A DNA stretch of 64,000 nucleotides. Source: Mobula hypostoma. Its lineage: Eukaryota. Position 1 is the stretch's first letter, and each line of letters opens with the position of its first letter. The notes beneath the pieces are model-generated. The model was given only the letters and a program-made list of their open reading frames with translations, ran no database searches and was not told the origin of the DNA. Shown piece by piece: positions 1 through 11,848 of the stretch. The position numbers and the translations under genes are program-made. The stretch spans positions 108,006,001-108,070,000 of the forward strand of contig NC_086097.1 of the NCBI RefSeq assembly GCF_963921235.1. Direction: 5' to 3'.

Positions 1-470
1 TCTCTCTCTCTCTCCATCAATTCAACTCGACGCAACACAAAGTGAACTGAACTGCTTAAACTTACCTGACACCGTAAGACTGATATCTACCTCCTGGACT
101 ATTATTTTTTGTATCCACACACACATTTATGGATATATATATTAAAAAAAGTTGATAACCTGTATTGTATTATTCAGTTTAATGATATTAATTCGTAGTA
201 GTAATAAATATAATCTTAATTTATAGTAAACCAGACTCCAGGTGTGTTCCATTTCTGCTGGATCTTTTCAACCCGTCACGGGGTTCGTGACAAAATTGGG
301 GCCTGCATCCGGGACAGGAACAAATTTGGTTGGAGACAATTTTCGAAATTGTGTGGGGGCTTGTCTTGATTGGGGAAATCCCTTGTAATTAATCTGTGTG
401 TGGAAAACAGCAGAAATGGAGGCTAGTGAATTTATAGAGAACCCTACTCCTCTGTTTTTGAGGACATAAT
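1..470 (+). mobile_element. Gypsy-type LTR 3' end with degenerate tRNA-Pro PBS and truncated gag start
   Basis: LTR ends ...GTGACA at 292. TGGGGCCTGCATCCGGGA (297-314) resembles PBS-Pro TGGGGGCTCGTCCGGGAT. ATG at 416 gives MEASEFIENPT. The same LTR end recurs inverted at 48175. Confidence 0.6.
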
Positions 471-807
471 AAAGGTCGGGAACCCCCGGCCAAGAGTTTA
501 CTTTGGAAGGTATGACCACATTTTTTAAAGACTGGGTTACATTAAAAATAAGTCCAGATTTCAGGAATATATAACTGGCAAAAACTGTATGATATTTTCT
601 TTTCCCTGTGTTATTAATTCAATATCTCATACAACATCCAGAATTACTCCTGTGCTGTTCCCAAGATCTGCTGAACCACGAGACTGTTGTGGCCCAGCCG
701 ACAAAATTCTCTCTCATTGTTGTAAATCCTCTTTTGATCATCCAGGCAAAATAAAACATTTCATTCTGTCTAAGCTTGTACATGTGGATGGATCTAAAAT
801 ATCTCAC

Positions 808-982
808 CTTGAGGCTGAAGCAATGCTCCTTCTCTCTGGAGAGATGCATAATTTAGGAATGGTGGAATCACGACAATTAGAAGAAGGTACTTTAAAACTG
901 AGGTAAGGCGAGAACAGATTCTCAAGAATGAAAATGAATCTGCATTGGTTTCTGTAGAACAACCTCGTGGTGTATTGGTTTT
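808..982 (-). CDS. Internal coding exon (175 bp) of the same gene: KTNTPRGCSTETNADSFSFLRICSRLTSVLKYLLLIVVIPPFLNYASLQREGALLQPQ(G)
   Basis: Strong acceptor (ttgtctctttcttctccAG) and donor (AAG|GTGAGA), open frame, and a hydrophobic TM-like stretch. The motif LLIVVIPPFLNYASLQREG matches, from memory, the N-terminus of the fish uncharacterised hydrolase family (zebrafish si:dkey-122a22.2-like); no database check was possible. Confidence 0.8.
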
Positions 983-1555
983 CTGGAGAAGAAAGAGACA
1001 AGTAAACAAAATGATGGCAAAACAATATTTGATGCAGGACAAATTACCATATCAAATTGTGCACATACCAGCAGTAATAAAATTAAATTAAATGCATTAG
1101 GAGTACGAACACATTGCTTTATCTCCCCTCTATCCAGTCTTCCACTGCTTGTCAGTGAAGCACTTACACAAAGCAAGCTGAATAGGAATTGAAATCTTCC
1201 TGCAGGGATTCATTATTAAAATATTGAACCAAACTTACTGGCCATATTATCCCTGGCTACAATTTTCAATATTCCTCCTTGAAGTAGTCTGGTAGTTTTT
1301 ATTACAATAATGAAATCATAAAAGGCCATGAACTAAAAGAAAGCAGAATAAGCTTGAGGAGCTGAAAACATTGGAATTGTTTTCACACTAATAGTTCATG
1401 TTTACAACTACTTTCTTTACTTAAGTAGTATAAATCCAAGTTTATTGTCATTCAACCATACAGATGTATACAGCTAAACAAAATGTCATTCCACTGAGGC
1501 CGAGCTGCAAAACACAACAGATATAGTTACATTCTAGCAAAATAACATGTCCCTG

Positions 1556-2090
1556 AGACAACAAGATGTAGGAGCAGAATTAGGCTATTGGCCCATCAAG
1601 TCTACTCCACCATTTCATCATGGCTCATCAATTATTCCTCTCAACCCCAATCCCCATATCCCTTCAAGCCCTGACAAATCAAGAACCTCTGCTTTAAATA
1701 TACCAATAACTGTCATCCACAGATACTTGTGGCAAAGAATTCCACAGATTCAACACTGTCTGGGAAAGAAATTCCTCCTCATCTCCATTCTAAAAGGACA
1801 CCCCTCTATTCTGAGGCTGTGTCCTCTGTTCTTAGACTCTCTCACCATAGGAAACATCCTCTCCACATCCTTTCTATCAAGACCTTTCACCATTTGATAG
1901 GTTTCAATTAGGTCACCCCTCATTCTTCTGAATTCCAGTGAATGCAGGCCCACAGCCATCAAAAACTCTTCATGTGAAAAACCGTTCAATCCTGGAATCA
2001 TTTTTACGAACCTCCTTTGAACCCTCTCCAATGTCAGTACATCCGTTTTAAGTAAGGGGCCCAAAAATACTCACACACCAAGTGAGGGCT
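1556..2090 (-). mobile_element. CR1 LINE 3' fragment
   Basis: LERVQRRFVKMIPGL...SLEFRRMRGDLIETYQ...FFPRQ, the CR1 ORF2 C-terminus, plus 3' UTR. Confidence 0.85.
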
Positions 2091-2459
2091 CACAAGGTCT
2101 GAAGATTGACAGGTAAACATAAAGTATAAAGTGCATGTTTATGTAAGAAAGCATAATGTTACTGGCATTATTATAGATAAAACAAGCAGTCATATAAATA
2201 TGTGAAACACAGCAATAAAAGGTGAAAAATGGCCAGTGCAAAATGAGAGTGTGTTTGTGAGTTGGGGAGCAGGGTGGGGAGGAAACAGAAACTTTGGAAA
2301 GAAAAATCAGGCAGGGACACTGCCCATTTACAGCTACATTACACCCTGACTTGTCAGTGTTTCATTTTTGTTTACTGGAAAGTGTGTGTACAATCTTCCT
2401 CAACGTGACTTCTTCAACCTAAGTTGATGACTGTGTTTCAAGGATCAATTCTGCATTAA

Positions 2460-2810
2460 AAAGTCAGTTTACTGTCATATGCACTAGTGCAATGAAAACC
2501 AGCAAATGGTTGAAAGGACGTAACTGTTCCTGAATCTGGTGTTGTGGGGCTTTAGGTCCTACCCGACGGTAGCTGCGAAAAGATGGCATGGGATCTTTGA
2601 TGAATGATGTTGGTTTCTTCAAGCAGCGTCTCCTTTCGATTACTGATGTTGGGGAGGGATGAGGCCGTGATGGGCAGAGTCCACTGCTCTCTGCGGGTTC
2701 TTACGTTCCTACAGATTCAAAGTGCCATAACAGACAATGATGCAACCAGTCAGGGTACGTTCTACAGTGTTTCTGTAAAAATCCATTCAAGTGTTCAATG
2801 ACAAACCAAA
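2460..2810 (-). mobile_element. Degraded Rex1/Babar 3' fragment
   Basis: Reverse complement has accagattcaggaacagttac (TRFRNSY motif), as in other Rex1 copies in the window. Confidence 0.5.
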
Positions 2811-2979
2811 ACTCATTAACCTCGGGTTAATGAGCAGGTGTTTAGTGCCATTTGCCTGTGTTTGACCGGTCTCTCTCTCTCTCCCCCCCCACCCCACGCG
2901 TTCGCTGCTGTCAGAGGAGGGTGCCTGCATTTGACTCGTCTCCCTCTCCCTCTCATTTGATGCTGCCGCAGGAACGGTA

Positions 2980-3670
2980 GAGTGGTGGGTGTGTACCAGG
3001 CACTGCCAGCAGTGGTGGTAGAAGCACCTAGATTAGGGATATTTAAGACGCTCTTAGATAGGCACATGGATGATAGAAGGAAGGGAAGGGGTAGATTGGT
3101 GTTAGAGTAGGTTAAAAGGCTGGCACAATATCATGAGCTGAGCTGTACTGTTCTATATTCTGAAGAACACCAATATAACACACATTAATGTGCTGTTGAT
3201 GGCATTGGATGAAAAGGAAATATTGGCACAAGTGCTGGGGGAACTCTCCAGCGTTTTATTGAAACATTTTATAGCCACCTTATACAGTTATAAAATAACA
3301 TTACCCCTAGGGAGAGTTGTAGAACAGAGACTTAGGGGTACAAATATATAGCTCAAGGGGTGCAAACACATAGTTCCCTGAAAGTGACAAAACATTTAGT
3401 CAGGGTGAAGAAAGTATACTGTCTTTGCTAAGGTAGTGAAGTTTCAAACTAAAGGGCACAGGTTAAGGTCAGAGAAGGAAAGTTTAAAGGGAAATTGAAG
3501 AGCAAGTTTTTTCCATACAGTGTATGAACATGCATTGTATGAACATATGTGAAATGAACTGCTAATGAAATTGGCAAAGACAGGTACAATTACAACATTG
3601 AAAAGACATTTGGTCAGGTACATAGGTAGGAAGGATTTAGAGGGATATGGGCAAAGCACAGGTGAAGGGG
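2980..3670 (+). mobile_element. Two degraded CR1 3' fragments
   Basis: CR1 3'-end motifs (tttaagacgctcttagataggcacatgg; agggcacaggttaagg; ttcc..cagagtg-like) with unrelated sequence between them. Confidence 0.55.
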
Positions 3671-3689
3671 ATCACCTCAGTGCATTTAC

Positions 3690-4318
3690 TAGCTCAGTAC
3701 TTTTTGAGTAATATTGTAAATATATTGTTTGATGAATCATTCTTTGTTTACAATTCATTACAGGTTATACGCAAGAAGTATGTGAACGGCATTCATAATT
3801 ACGCCAACACATCATATGCGAGTGCCACACTAAAAGAAAAAACTAAGTAGACATGTTTTTCAGGCTCTCGTGTCTTTCTTTCAATCAGCTTCTGGAGTTA
3901 CAGAACATAACAAGGGCAACAAGGAAGTTTTAAAATGAACCCGAGATGACTATCTATCTGCTGAAGTGCAGCATGTTTTTTCTTTGCAAGGCAAGAGAGA
4001 CATTTGAGTTTAAAAAAAAGAACAGCATGTTTCTTCAGAAGGGGAGAGAGACTTTCGAGTTTTGAAAAAAGGCAGTTAGTACTGAATGCTAACAATAATA
4101 AATTTTAAAAAAGCAGAAATGACTGGCTACGTTGGAAAGACAGACACATTCGATTGCACAACAGATAACAGGATGATGCATACTGAACGAACTGAGCAGT
4201 ATTTTGAAGCAAATTATATAACTAATGAAAAGTGAGTGCTAGAGTTACTGACTGCAATAGGTCAAAACGCATACAGTTTGTTTAGAAGTCTGAATATTCC
4301 AACCAAACCAGCTGAAAT
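3690..4318 (+). mobile_element. Gypsy LTR (3690-3911) plus decayed gag N-terminus
   Basis: LTR ends ...ACATAACA; related LTR pieces at ~8410-8559 and ~55360-55612. ATG at 4119 gives MTGYVGKTDTFDCTTDNRMMHTERTEQYFEANYI...AYSLFRSLNIPTKPAE, a Gypsy gag N-terminus. Confidence 0.7.
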
Positions 4319-4795
4319 CCCACATCCCACAGATATGGGAATTCGGGACACCTGACTGTCTCCCTGGTGACTACATCTGCAGGAAGTGCACCCAACTTCA
4401 ATGCCTGACTGACTGGGTCAAGGAGTTAAGAGCTAAAGTTGGATGTACTCAGGATAATTCAGGAGGCTGAAGCTATTATAGATGAGACTTTTGAAGAGGT
4501 GGTCACACCCAGAGTACTGGCTTCGGACAGCAGATGGGTAACTACCAGGAAAGGTAAGAGGATTAAGTCATCAGTGCAGGGTTTCCCCTGTGACTATTCC
4601 CCTCAGCAATAAATATATCCCTTTGAATACTGTTGTGGGGGGGCGGGGGGAAATGACCCATCAGATCACTGCAGCAGTCATCAGGCTGTTAACACTGTGA
4701 ACAACAGGAATTCTGCAGATGCTGGAAATTCAAGCAACACACATCAAAGTTGCTGGTGAACGCAGCAGGCCAGGCAGCATCTCTAGGAAGAGGTG

Positions 4796-4833
4796 CAGTC
4801 GACGTTTCAGGCCGAGACCCTTCGTCAGGACTA
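4796..4833 (-). ncRNA. Minimal type I hammerhead ribozyme (PLE-associated), intact core
   Basis: UAGUC-CUGACGA-AGGGUCUCGGCCU-GAAA-CGUC-GACUG. Stem I UAGUC/GACUG, conserved CUGANGA and GAAA boxes, palindromic ACGU stem III, GUC cleavage triplet. Confidence 0.75.
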
Positions 4834-6977
4834 ACTGAAGGAAGAGTGAGTAAGGGATTTGAAAGTTGGAGGGGGAGGGGGAGATCCAAAATGATAGGAG
4901 AAGACAGGAGGGGGAGGGATGGAGCCAAGAGCTGGACAGGTGATTGGCAAAAGGGGATACGAGAGGATCATGGGACAGGAGGTCCAGGAAGAAAGATGGG
5001 GGGGGTACCCAGATGACGGGCAAGAGGTATACTCAGAGGGACAGAGGGAGAAAAAGGAGAGTGAGAGAAAGAATGTGTGTATAAAAATAAGTAACAGATG
5101 GGGTACGAGGGGGAGGTGGGACCTTAGCGGAAGTTAGAGAAGTCATATGTTCATGCCATCAGGTTGGAGGCTACCCAGACGGAATATAAGGTGTTGTTCC
5201 TCCAACCTGAGTGTAGCTTCATCTTTACAGTAGAGGAGGCCGTAGATAGACATGTCAGAATGGGAATGGGATGTGGAATTAAAATGTGTGGCCACTGGGA
5301 GATCCTGCTTTCTCTGGCGGACAGAGCGTAGATGTTCAGCAAAGCGGTCTCCCAGTCTGCGTCGGGTCTCGCCAATATATACAAGGCCACATCGGGAGCA
5401 CCGGACACAGTATATCACCCGAGCCGACTCTGCTCCGTCTAGCGGAATTAGTCCTTACTCTTAATAATTTCTCCTTTGGCTCCTCCCACTTCCTCCAAAC
5501 TAAAGGTGTAGCTATGGGCACCCGTATGGGTCCTAGCTATGCCTGCCTTTTTGTTGGGTTTGTGGAACAATCTATGTTCCGTGCCTATTCTGGTATCTGT
5601 CCCCCACTTTTCCTTCGCTACATCGACGACTGCATTGGCGCTGCTTCCTGCATGCATGCAGAACTCGTTGACTTTATTAATTTTGCCTCCAACTTTCACC
5701 CTGCCCTCAAGTTTACCTGGTCCATTTCCGACACCTCCCTCCCCTTTCTAGATCTTTCTGTCTCTGTCTCTGGAGACAGCTTATCCACTGATATCTACTA
5801 TAAGCCTACTGACTCTCACAGCTATCTGGACTATTCCTCTTCTCACCCTGTCTCTTGCAAAAACGCCATCCCCTTCTCGCAATTCCTCCGTCTCCGCCGC
5901 ATCTGCTCTCAGGATGAGGCTTTTCATTCTAGGACGAGGGAGGTGTCTTCCTTTTTTAAAGAAAGGGGCTTCCTTTCTTCCACTATCAACTCTGCTCTTA
6001 AACGCATCTCCCCCATTTCACGCACATCTGCTCTCACTCCATCCTCCCGCCACCCCAATAGGAATAGGGTTCCCCTGGTCCTCACCTACCACCCCACCAG
6101 CCTCCAGGTCCAACATATTATTCTCCATAACTTCCGCCAGCTCCAACGGGATCCCACCACTAAGCACATCTTTCCTCCTCTCTCTGCATTCCGCAGGGAT
6201 CGCTCCCTACGCGACTCCCTTGTCCATTCGTCCCCCCCATCCCTCCCCACTGATCTCCCTCCTGGCACTTATCCGTGTAAGCGGAACAAGTGCTACACAT
6301 GCCCTTACACTTCCTCCCTTACCACCATTCAGGGCACCAAACAGTCCTTCCAGGTGAGGCAACACTTCACCTGTGAGTCGGCTGGGGTGATATACTGCGT
6401 CTGGTGCTCCCGATGTGGCCTTGTATATATTGGCGAGACCCGACGCAGACGGGGAGATCGCTTTGCTGAACATCTACGCTCTGTCCGCCAGAGAAAGCAG
6501 GATCTCCCAGTGGCCACACATTTTAATTCCACATCCCATTCCCATTCTGACATGTCTATCCACGGCCTCCTCTACTGTAAAGATGAAGCCACACTCAGGT
6601 TGGAGGAACAACACCTTATATTCCATCTGGGTAGCCTCCAACCTGATGGCATGAACATCGACTTCTCTAACTTCCGCTAAGGCCCCACCTCCCCCTCGTA
6701 CCCCATCTGTTACTTATTTTTATGCACACATTCTTTCTCTCACTCTCCTTTTTCTCCCTCTGTCCCTCTGAATATACCTCTTGCCCATCCTCTGGGTCCC
6801 CCTCCCCCAACTTGTCTTTCTTCCCGGACCTCCTGTCCCATGATCCTCTCGTATCCCCTTTTGCCAATCACCTGTCCAGCTCTTGGCTCCATCCCTCCCC
6901 CTCCTGTCTTCTCCTATCATTTTGGATCTCCCTCTCCCCCTCCAACTTTCAAATCCCTTACTCACTCTTCCTTCAGT

Positions 6978-7015
6978 TAGTCTTGACGAAGGGTCTCGGC
7001 CTGAAACGTCGACTG
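6978..7015 (+). ncRNA. Minimal hammerhead ribozyme copy with a core substitution (UUGACGA)
   Basis: Identical to the 4796-4833 copy except C>T at 6983, the first nucleotide of the CUGANGA box. Confidence 0.6.
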
Positions 7016-7294
7016 CACCTCTTCCTAGAGATGCTGCCTGGCCTGCTGCGTTCACCAGCAACTTTGATGTGTGTTGTTAACACTGTGGCCAGCTTTCAGC
7101 CTCGACAGGGAAGGGTAAAGTCAGGCAGTGTGGTAGTTACAGAGAGCTCTAGAGTTAGGGGGACAGAATTCTATGGCTGCTGAACAGACATCAGTGAATT
7201 GGCTGTTTGGATTCAGAACTGGCTTGTGCGTAGAAGACAGAGGACAGTGGTTGAAGGGAGTTATTCGAACTGCAGTCCTGTAACTAGTGGTGTT

Positions 7295-7889
7295 TATTGG
7301 AGAATGCATTATATTCTATATGTATTGCAGTATTTACTCAGCAGTATTTACCCAAATGTACACATTGTAACAGCATTTACTCAAAGGGACGTTGTATTTT
7401 CTATATTCACTACGTAACTGCTGCTAGCTCAGTGGAAAGTATTCACTATGTAGCCATGACTTTTGACCTAATCACTATTAATTCATGAAGAGAACTAGAA
7501 TGAAACCAAGTAGAAAGATAACGGTGGCGAGTAAGGTAATGAAATATGTGGCAGTATGTCAAAACAAGACCAATTAAGAAATAACTGTGGTTAGGGATGA
7601 GGGGACACCTGGTCTAAAAAGTAAACTAGGACATAATTAAATTGGGGAGTAAACAATAGTGGAAGGTCGAGAGCGGATGTATTGATGATATGTGATCACA
7701 GGCCGTCTGGATATGATAATGTAGCTAAGATAGGAGATTGCTACAAAAAATGCTGTGTACAAGCCTCGATGGGCAGTCAGCTACTAGCTTTCTGATTGTC
7801 TCAGCTTTGATTTGCAAATTAAAGTTTAAAACTTCCTGAAGGATTTTCTGCGTCTCCTTGTTGTTTGTAAGAAACGAGAAACCACGACA
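7295..7889 (+). mobile_element. Solo LTR inserted in CR1
   Basis: Ends in ...ACGACA with ATTAAA near the 3' end. 4-bp TSD TGTT (7291-7294 / 7890-7893). Removing it restores the CR1 sequence agtggtgttctgcagggatctg. Confidence 0.7.
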
Positions 7890-9049
7890 TGTTCTGCAGG
7901 GATCTGTGCTGGGCCTCTGCTGCTTGTGATGTATATAAATGACCTGGATGAAAATGTAGATGGATGGGTTGGTAAATTTGCAGGTGATACCAAGATAGTA
8001 TCAAAGACTGGCAAAGACATCGCGATATAGATCAGTTGCAGATTTGGGCAGAGAAATAGCAGATGGAGTTTAACCCAGATAAATGTGAGGTATTGTAATT
8101 TGGTAGGGCAAATGCCAGGCAACAGTACACTGTTAAGGGGCAAGATTGTTAACAGCGTTGCTGAGCAGAGAGATTTTCGGTTCCAAGTTCATAGCACCTT
8201 GAACATGGCTACGAGGTCGACAAGGTGGTTAAGACTTATGGAATGCTTGCTTTTATTAGTCGAGGCATCGAGTTCGAAAGTCAGGAGGTTATGTTGAAAC
8301 TTTATAAAACTCTGGTTAAGTCACATCTGGAGTACTGCATACAGTGCCACTCACCCCACTATAGGATGGATGGTGAGGCTGCAGAAGAGGTTCAGCAGGA
8401 CACTGCCTGGTTATACGTAAAAAGTACGTGAATGGCGTACCTCATTACAGCACCATGCCATGAGTGGATGGCTTATTAAAAGAAACTAAGTAGACATGTT
8501 TTTCCAGCTCCCTGCTTCCCCCCCCCAACCCATTAGTTCTTGGAGTTACAAAACATAACAAGACAGGCATCTCACCGGGTATAAACAACTTGGACAAAAA
8601 GGATATTGTCAGTGCTGCAGGATTGTACAGCTGACAGCCCAACAGCACAGCAGGGGCTGAGGGGGAGAGGATCTGCAGGGTGTGTGGGGAAGTGTGAAAC
8701 AGAAACATGTGGCTGTACATAATACAGTAAAATTCATCAAATTGCCTGTTGCTACATTTCAGCCAGGTAGGCCTCTGCCGTGCCCATCTCAGTCCCAAAC
8801 AGCCCGCAGGGCCCACCTCACTCTCCCCGCAATTAATCTGTCAAGCACTTTAGGAATTTAAAATTTTACATTATAAAAACAAATTTGCTGTGTATTGTCA
8901 AAACTTCAGTTGTGCAGAAACTACATGTAGAAACATTACTTCGAACAACGTCCATGCCTCAGCTTTTGTTGTGGCAATGAGGGTTGCTTTGTTTTTTTTA
9001 AATGGAATAATTCTGCAATAAAAGCAGGGTTTTCAAACAGTCATGGGCA

Positions 9050-9560
9050 GGAGGACGGTCCTAATTTCACGTGGTCAAAATCCAGGTACAAACGGGACAG
9101 AAGAAGCGCGTATTTGGTGCACTTCCTAGACATTTTACTTAGTAACTCCAGCTAGTGAGTTTTAAAGGAAACAGGAGCATTGTTTTTAACAGCAGTGTGC
9201 CATACCCGCCAATACACCGGTGTCGTGCGTAATGTGTAGGCGTCGATTCAAGCTGTTCCTGGCGGCTTTAGAAAGAGTGCACCCAGTTTATCAGCAGTAC
9301 TTCCTTCAGACCTGACCTTGCTGACACTCAGTACGTTTACCTGCTCTGTAGTTTTCGGGATTTGCCCTGGCGACGGCAGGTTCTGTCTCCTCTTCGATAC
9401 TCCTCTCATTTCTCCGCTTTCCACGGACACTTCCGCTCCTCGCTCTCGGACGTCAGCGACGGGAGGCTGTCCCAGGCCACGTCCTAATCCACGCTGAAAG
9501 GTGCCGGGGCAAATTGCTGGGAGCACTGGAACGGACTGTAAACTCGGACTGAAAAATATG
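9050..9560 (-). promoter_or_regulatory. CpG-rich promoter / first-exon region of the minus-strand gene
   Basis: Local CpG enrichment in unique sequence around candidate exon 1. Contains a CRE-like GACGTCA (~9449), an E-box CACGTG (~9068) and TAATCC (~9485). Confidence 0.55.
9341..9409 (-). CDS. Putative first coding exon (23 aa, MRGVSKRRQNLPSPGQIPKTTEQ) of a host gene encoding an uncharacterised membrane-anchored alpha/beta-hydrolase-like protein
   Basis: ATG at 9409 with a purine at -3, in a CpG-rich, TE-free patch. Ends at a CAG|GTAAAC donor in phase 0, matching the phase-0 acceptor of exon 808-982. Confidence 0.65.
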
Positions 9561-9701
9561 CATTTACAGACCTACAGTTGAGTTTTAAACAGATTGTTGA
9601 TTTAAACCTGTTCTCGAGCATCATAGTCAAAAATGTATACTTAAATTGCAGTCCTGCATAACCTTGAAAATTAAATTATATATACCCTCATTACCCTAAA
9701 G

Positions 9702-9778
9702 CATGGGTTCCCTTTTTTTATGCCATGGACCATTACCATTCACCGAGGAATCCGTAGACCCCAGATTGAAAACCCCTG
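9702..9778. mobile_element. hAT-type MITE (77 bp)
   Basis: Imperfect TIRs CATGGGTT...AACCCCTG and a perfect 8-bp TSD CCCTAAAG (9694-9701 / 9779-9786). Sister copy at ~42928-43007. Confidence 0.75.
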
Positions 9779-10799
9779 CCCTAAAGCTTTTCATGTTTAA
9801 ATGGATGTTTTGAGAATTTGGATTTATGTGAAATCTAATATTGCTGCTAACATTTTATTGTGAGCATTTTACTGGTTGAGAAAAATAACTGGCGCCTGTC
9901 CTTATGCATTAATGTACGTTAGGGCGTGCCTTCAACTAACATAGATCAAGCATAGCCATGTTAAATAGTTGAAGTAAAAACACCGACTTGTCAATACTTA
10001 TCCTGCATTCATTACCTTATGAACAAGACCTTCGGAACATGAACTATGGGAAATACTATTATGTGCACCTGAGGTGGTGATTTCATCCCCTCCCAAAATA
10101 AACCTTTGCACAGTAATCCTGCTGTTCTTAGGAGACAGTAAACTGGAACATTGCAATTAACACAAACCTGTTCTCAAGGCTAGCGATGTATTTCGTTAGT
10201 GAAGGAGAGAATATAGATGAGGGAGTTGCAGCTGATGTGGTATTTATAAATGATAAACTGTCACTATAAATATGGGAGACACCATGTAATAAAAGTTCAA
10301 AGTAAATTTAGTATCGAAGTAGATATGTGTCACCATATACAACCCTGAGATTCATTTTCTTGCAGGCATACTCAAAAAATCTATAATAAAATATTAACCA
10401 TAATTGAATCCATGAAAGACTGCACCAACTTGGCCATTCAACCAGTGTCCAAAAGACAACCAACTGTGCAAAAACAATAAGAAATAATAATAATAAAAAC
10501 AATAAGAAATAATAATATCAACAGCATGAGCTGAAGAGTCCTTGAAAAGTGAGTCCATAGATGGGCAGAGCTACAATGGCACTAGCAAGTGGCTTCTTTG
10601 AGCTCATCTGCGGAAGCAGCTTAAATTCTACATTTAACATCTCTCTTTTTCCTTTTCAAGGTGGATGGGGTTCTGTCGAAGAAACTGACATACAATTCCA
10701 CTCAAACTTCAGTTCCTTACATCGATGGTTCTGCTGTCGGGGCTCACCGACCAGCCGTATTTTGATATCCCAATGACTTCACAGCCCTACGGACACTCA

Positions 10800-11848
10800 G
10801 GAGACACTTCCCCACCAATCCCATTGTCCATTCTGGACCTTTTGTTAGAGGTGGATGCATCTGACGTGAGCGCCAGGGTGATCCTCTCCCAGCGAGGACT
10901 GGTGGAAAGACACATCCTCGTGCCTTCTTCTCGCGCAGGTTCAACTCTACACAGTGTTGTTATGGAGTGGGACACAGGGAGCTACTCACCATTAAATGGG
11001 CCCTAGGAGAATCAAGATATTGGCTGATGGGAAACACTAAGCCCTTCCTGAAGTGGACTGACCATTGGAACCTCACATCCATGCAATAGACCCACCATCT
11101 CAACCCACTTCAGACTTGCTGGGTCCCCAGTTCAACCTCACCATCTCCTACCAACCAAGCTCCAAGAGCACTCAGGTGGACACCCTGTTCAACACAACAG
11201 TTCAACCCAGATGAAATGGAGATGGTCCTTCAACCTATTATTCCATCCTCGCAGATCCTCTGCATGATCATCAGGACCATATCTGCCAGGCCCTATGGCA
11301 TCAGCCTGCTCCAGCCGACACCCCTGTACATGCTGGCAGCCATGCACTCTGAGGCACTACAGTGGGCCCACTCCTCACCCCTCTCTGGCCATCCTGGTGC
11401 ATGATGGACTCTGGAATGCCAGTTCTGGTGCCCCCAGGTGTACATCAATTCATCTCTGCCTGCCCTCAATGTGCCCAGTCCAATTCCTCCAACCACCTGC
11501 AACTCCTATAGGTCCCTCAATGTCTATAGTTACACATCGCCATGGACTTCATCACAGGTTTAATACCTTCCGATGGGACTGTGGTGATCATGACAGTGCT
11601 GTCCAAGTTGGCACACTTCATTGCCCTTCCTAAACTTCAGCCACTGAGATGGTGGACCTGATTCTCCAACATGCAATTTACCTCCATGGTTTCCCTCGGG
11701 ATATTGCGTCGAACCATGGCCCACAATTCTTCTCTTGCTTCTGGCGAGCATTCTGCTCCCCCCTCCACACCTCAATGAGTTTGTCCTCTAGCTATCATCT
11801 GCAGATCAACAGGCAGTCAGAAAGAGAAAATCAGCAAGTGAAGAAGTT
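10800..11848 (+). mobile_element. Decayed Gypsy (sushi/chromovirus-like) pol: RNase H plus integrase
   Basis: [55 protein letters not shown]...FWRAFC...SSSYHLQINRQSERENQ. Confidence 0.8.

Larger units (their letters stand above)
4700..7074 (+). mobile_element. Penelope-like element (PLE) with inverted 5' arm; RT C-terminal half plus GIY-YIG endonuclease
   Basis: ORF part 5427-6680 has GVAMGTRMGPSYA, RYIDD and IYCVWCSRCGLVYIGETRRR...RFAEH. Inverted copy of the 3' part at 4700-5430. Flanked by a 13-bp direct repeat TGTTAACACTGTG (4687-4699 / 7075-7087). Confidence 0.92.
4330..8410 (+). mobile_element. Fragmented CR1 (ORF1 zinc-finger/esterase remnant plus RT pieces), interrupted by a Penelope element and a solo LTR
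   Basis: DYICRKCTQLQ at ~4369. After the PLE, VVVTESSRVRGTEFYGC resembles the GDSL-esterase block. RT motifs QGSVLGPLLLVMYINDLDE and KFAGDTKI at 7890-8000. Confidence 0.7.

Noticed and set aside
1165..1290. Additional minus-strand micro-exons (GTAAGT donors near 1167 and 1238)
   Set aside because: Weak or missing acceptors, an implausibly short intron, and exon 1 already joins exon 2 in phase. Cannot be supported without RNA data.
5286..5426. N-terminus of the 464-aa PLE ORF
   Set aside because: It is antisense sequence of the inverted arm that happens to be in frame; genuine RT sequence starts at ~5427.
9248..9526. Single-exon 92-aa ORF from the track
   Set aside because: GTG start and read-through past a splice donor; only 9341-9409 is supported as coding.
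10800..11848. RTL/PEG10-like domesticated gene
   Set aside because: Multiple stops and frameshifts; truncated by CR1.
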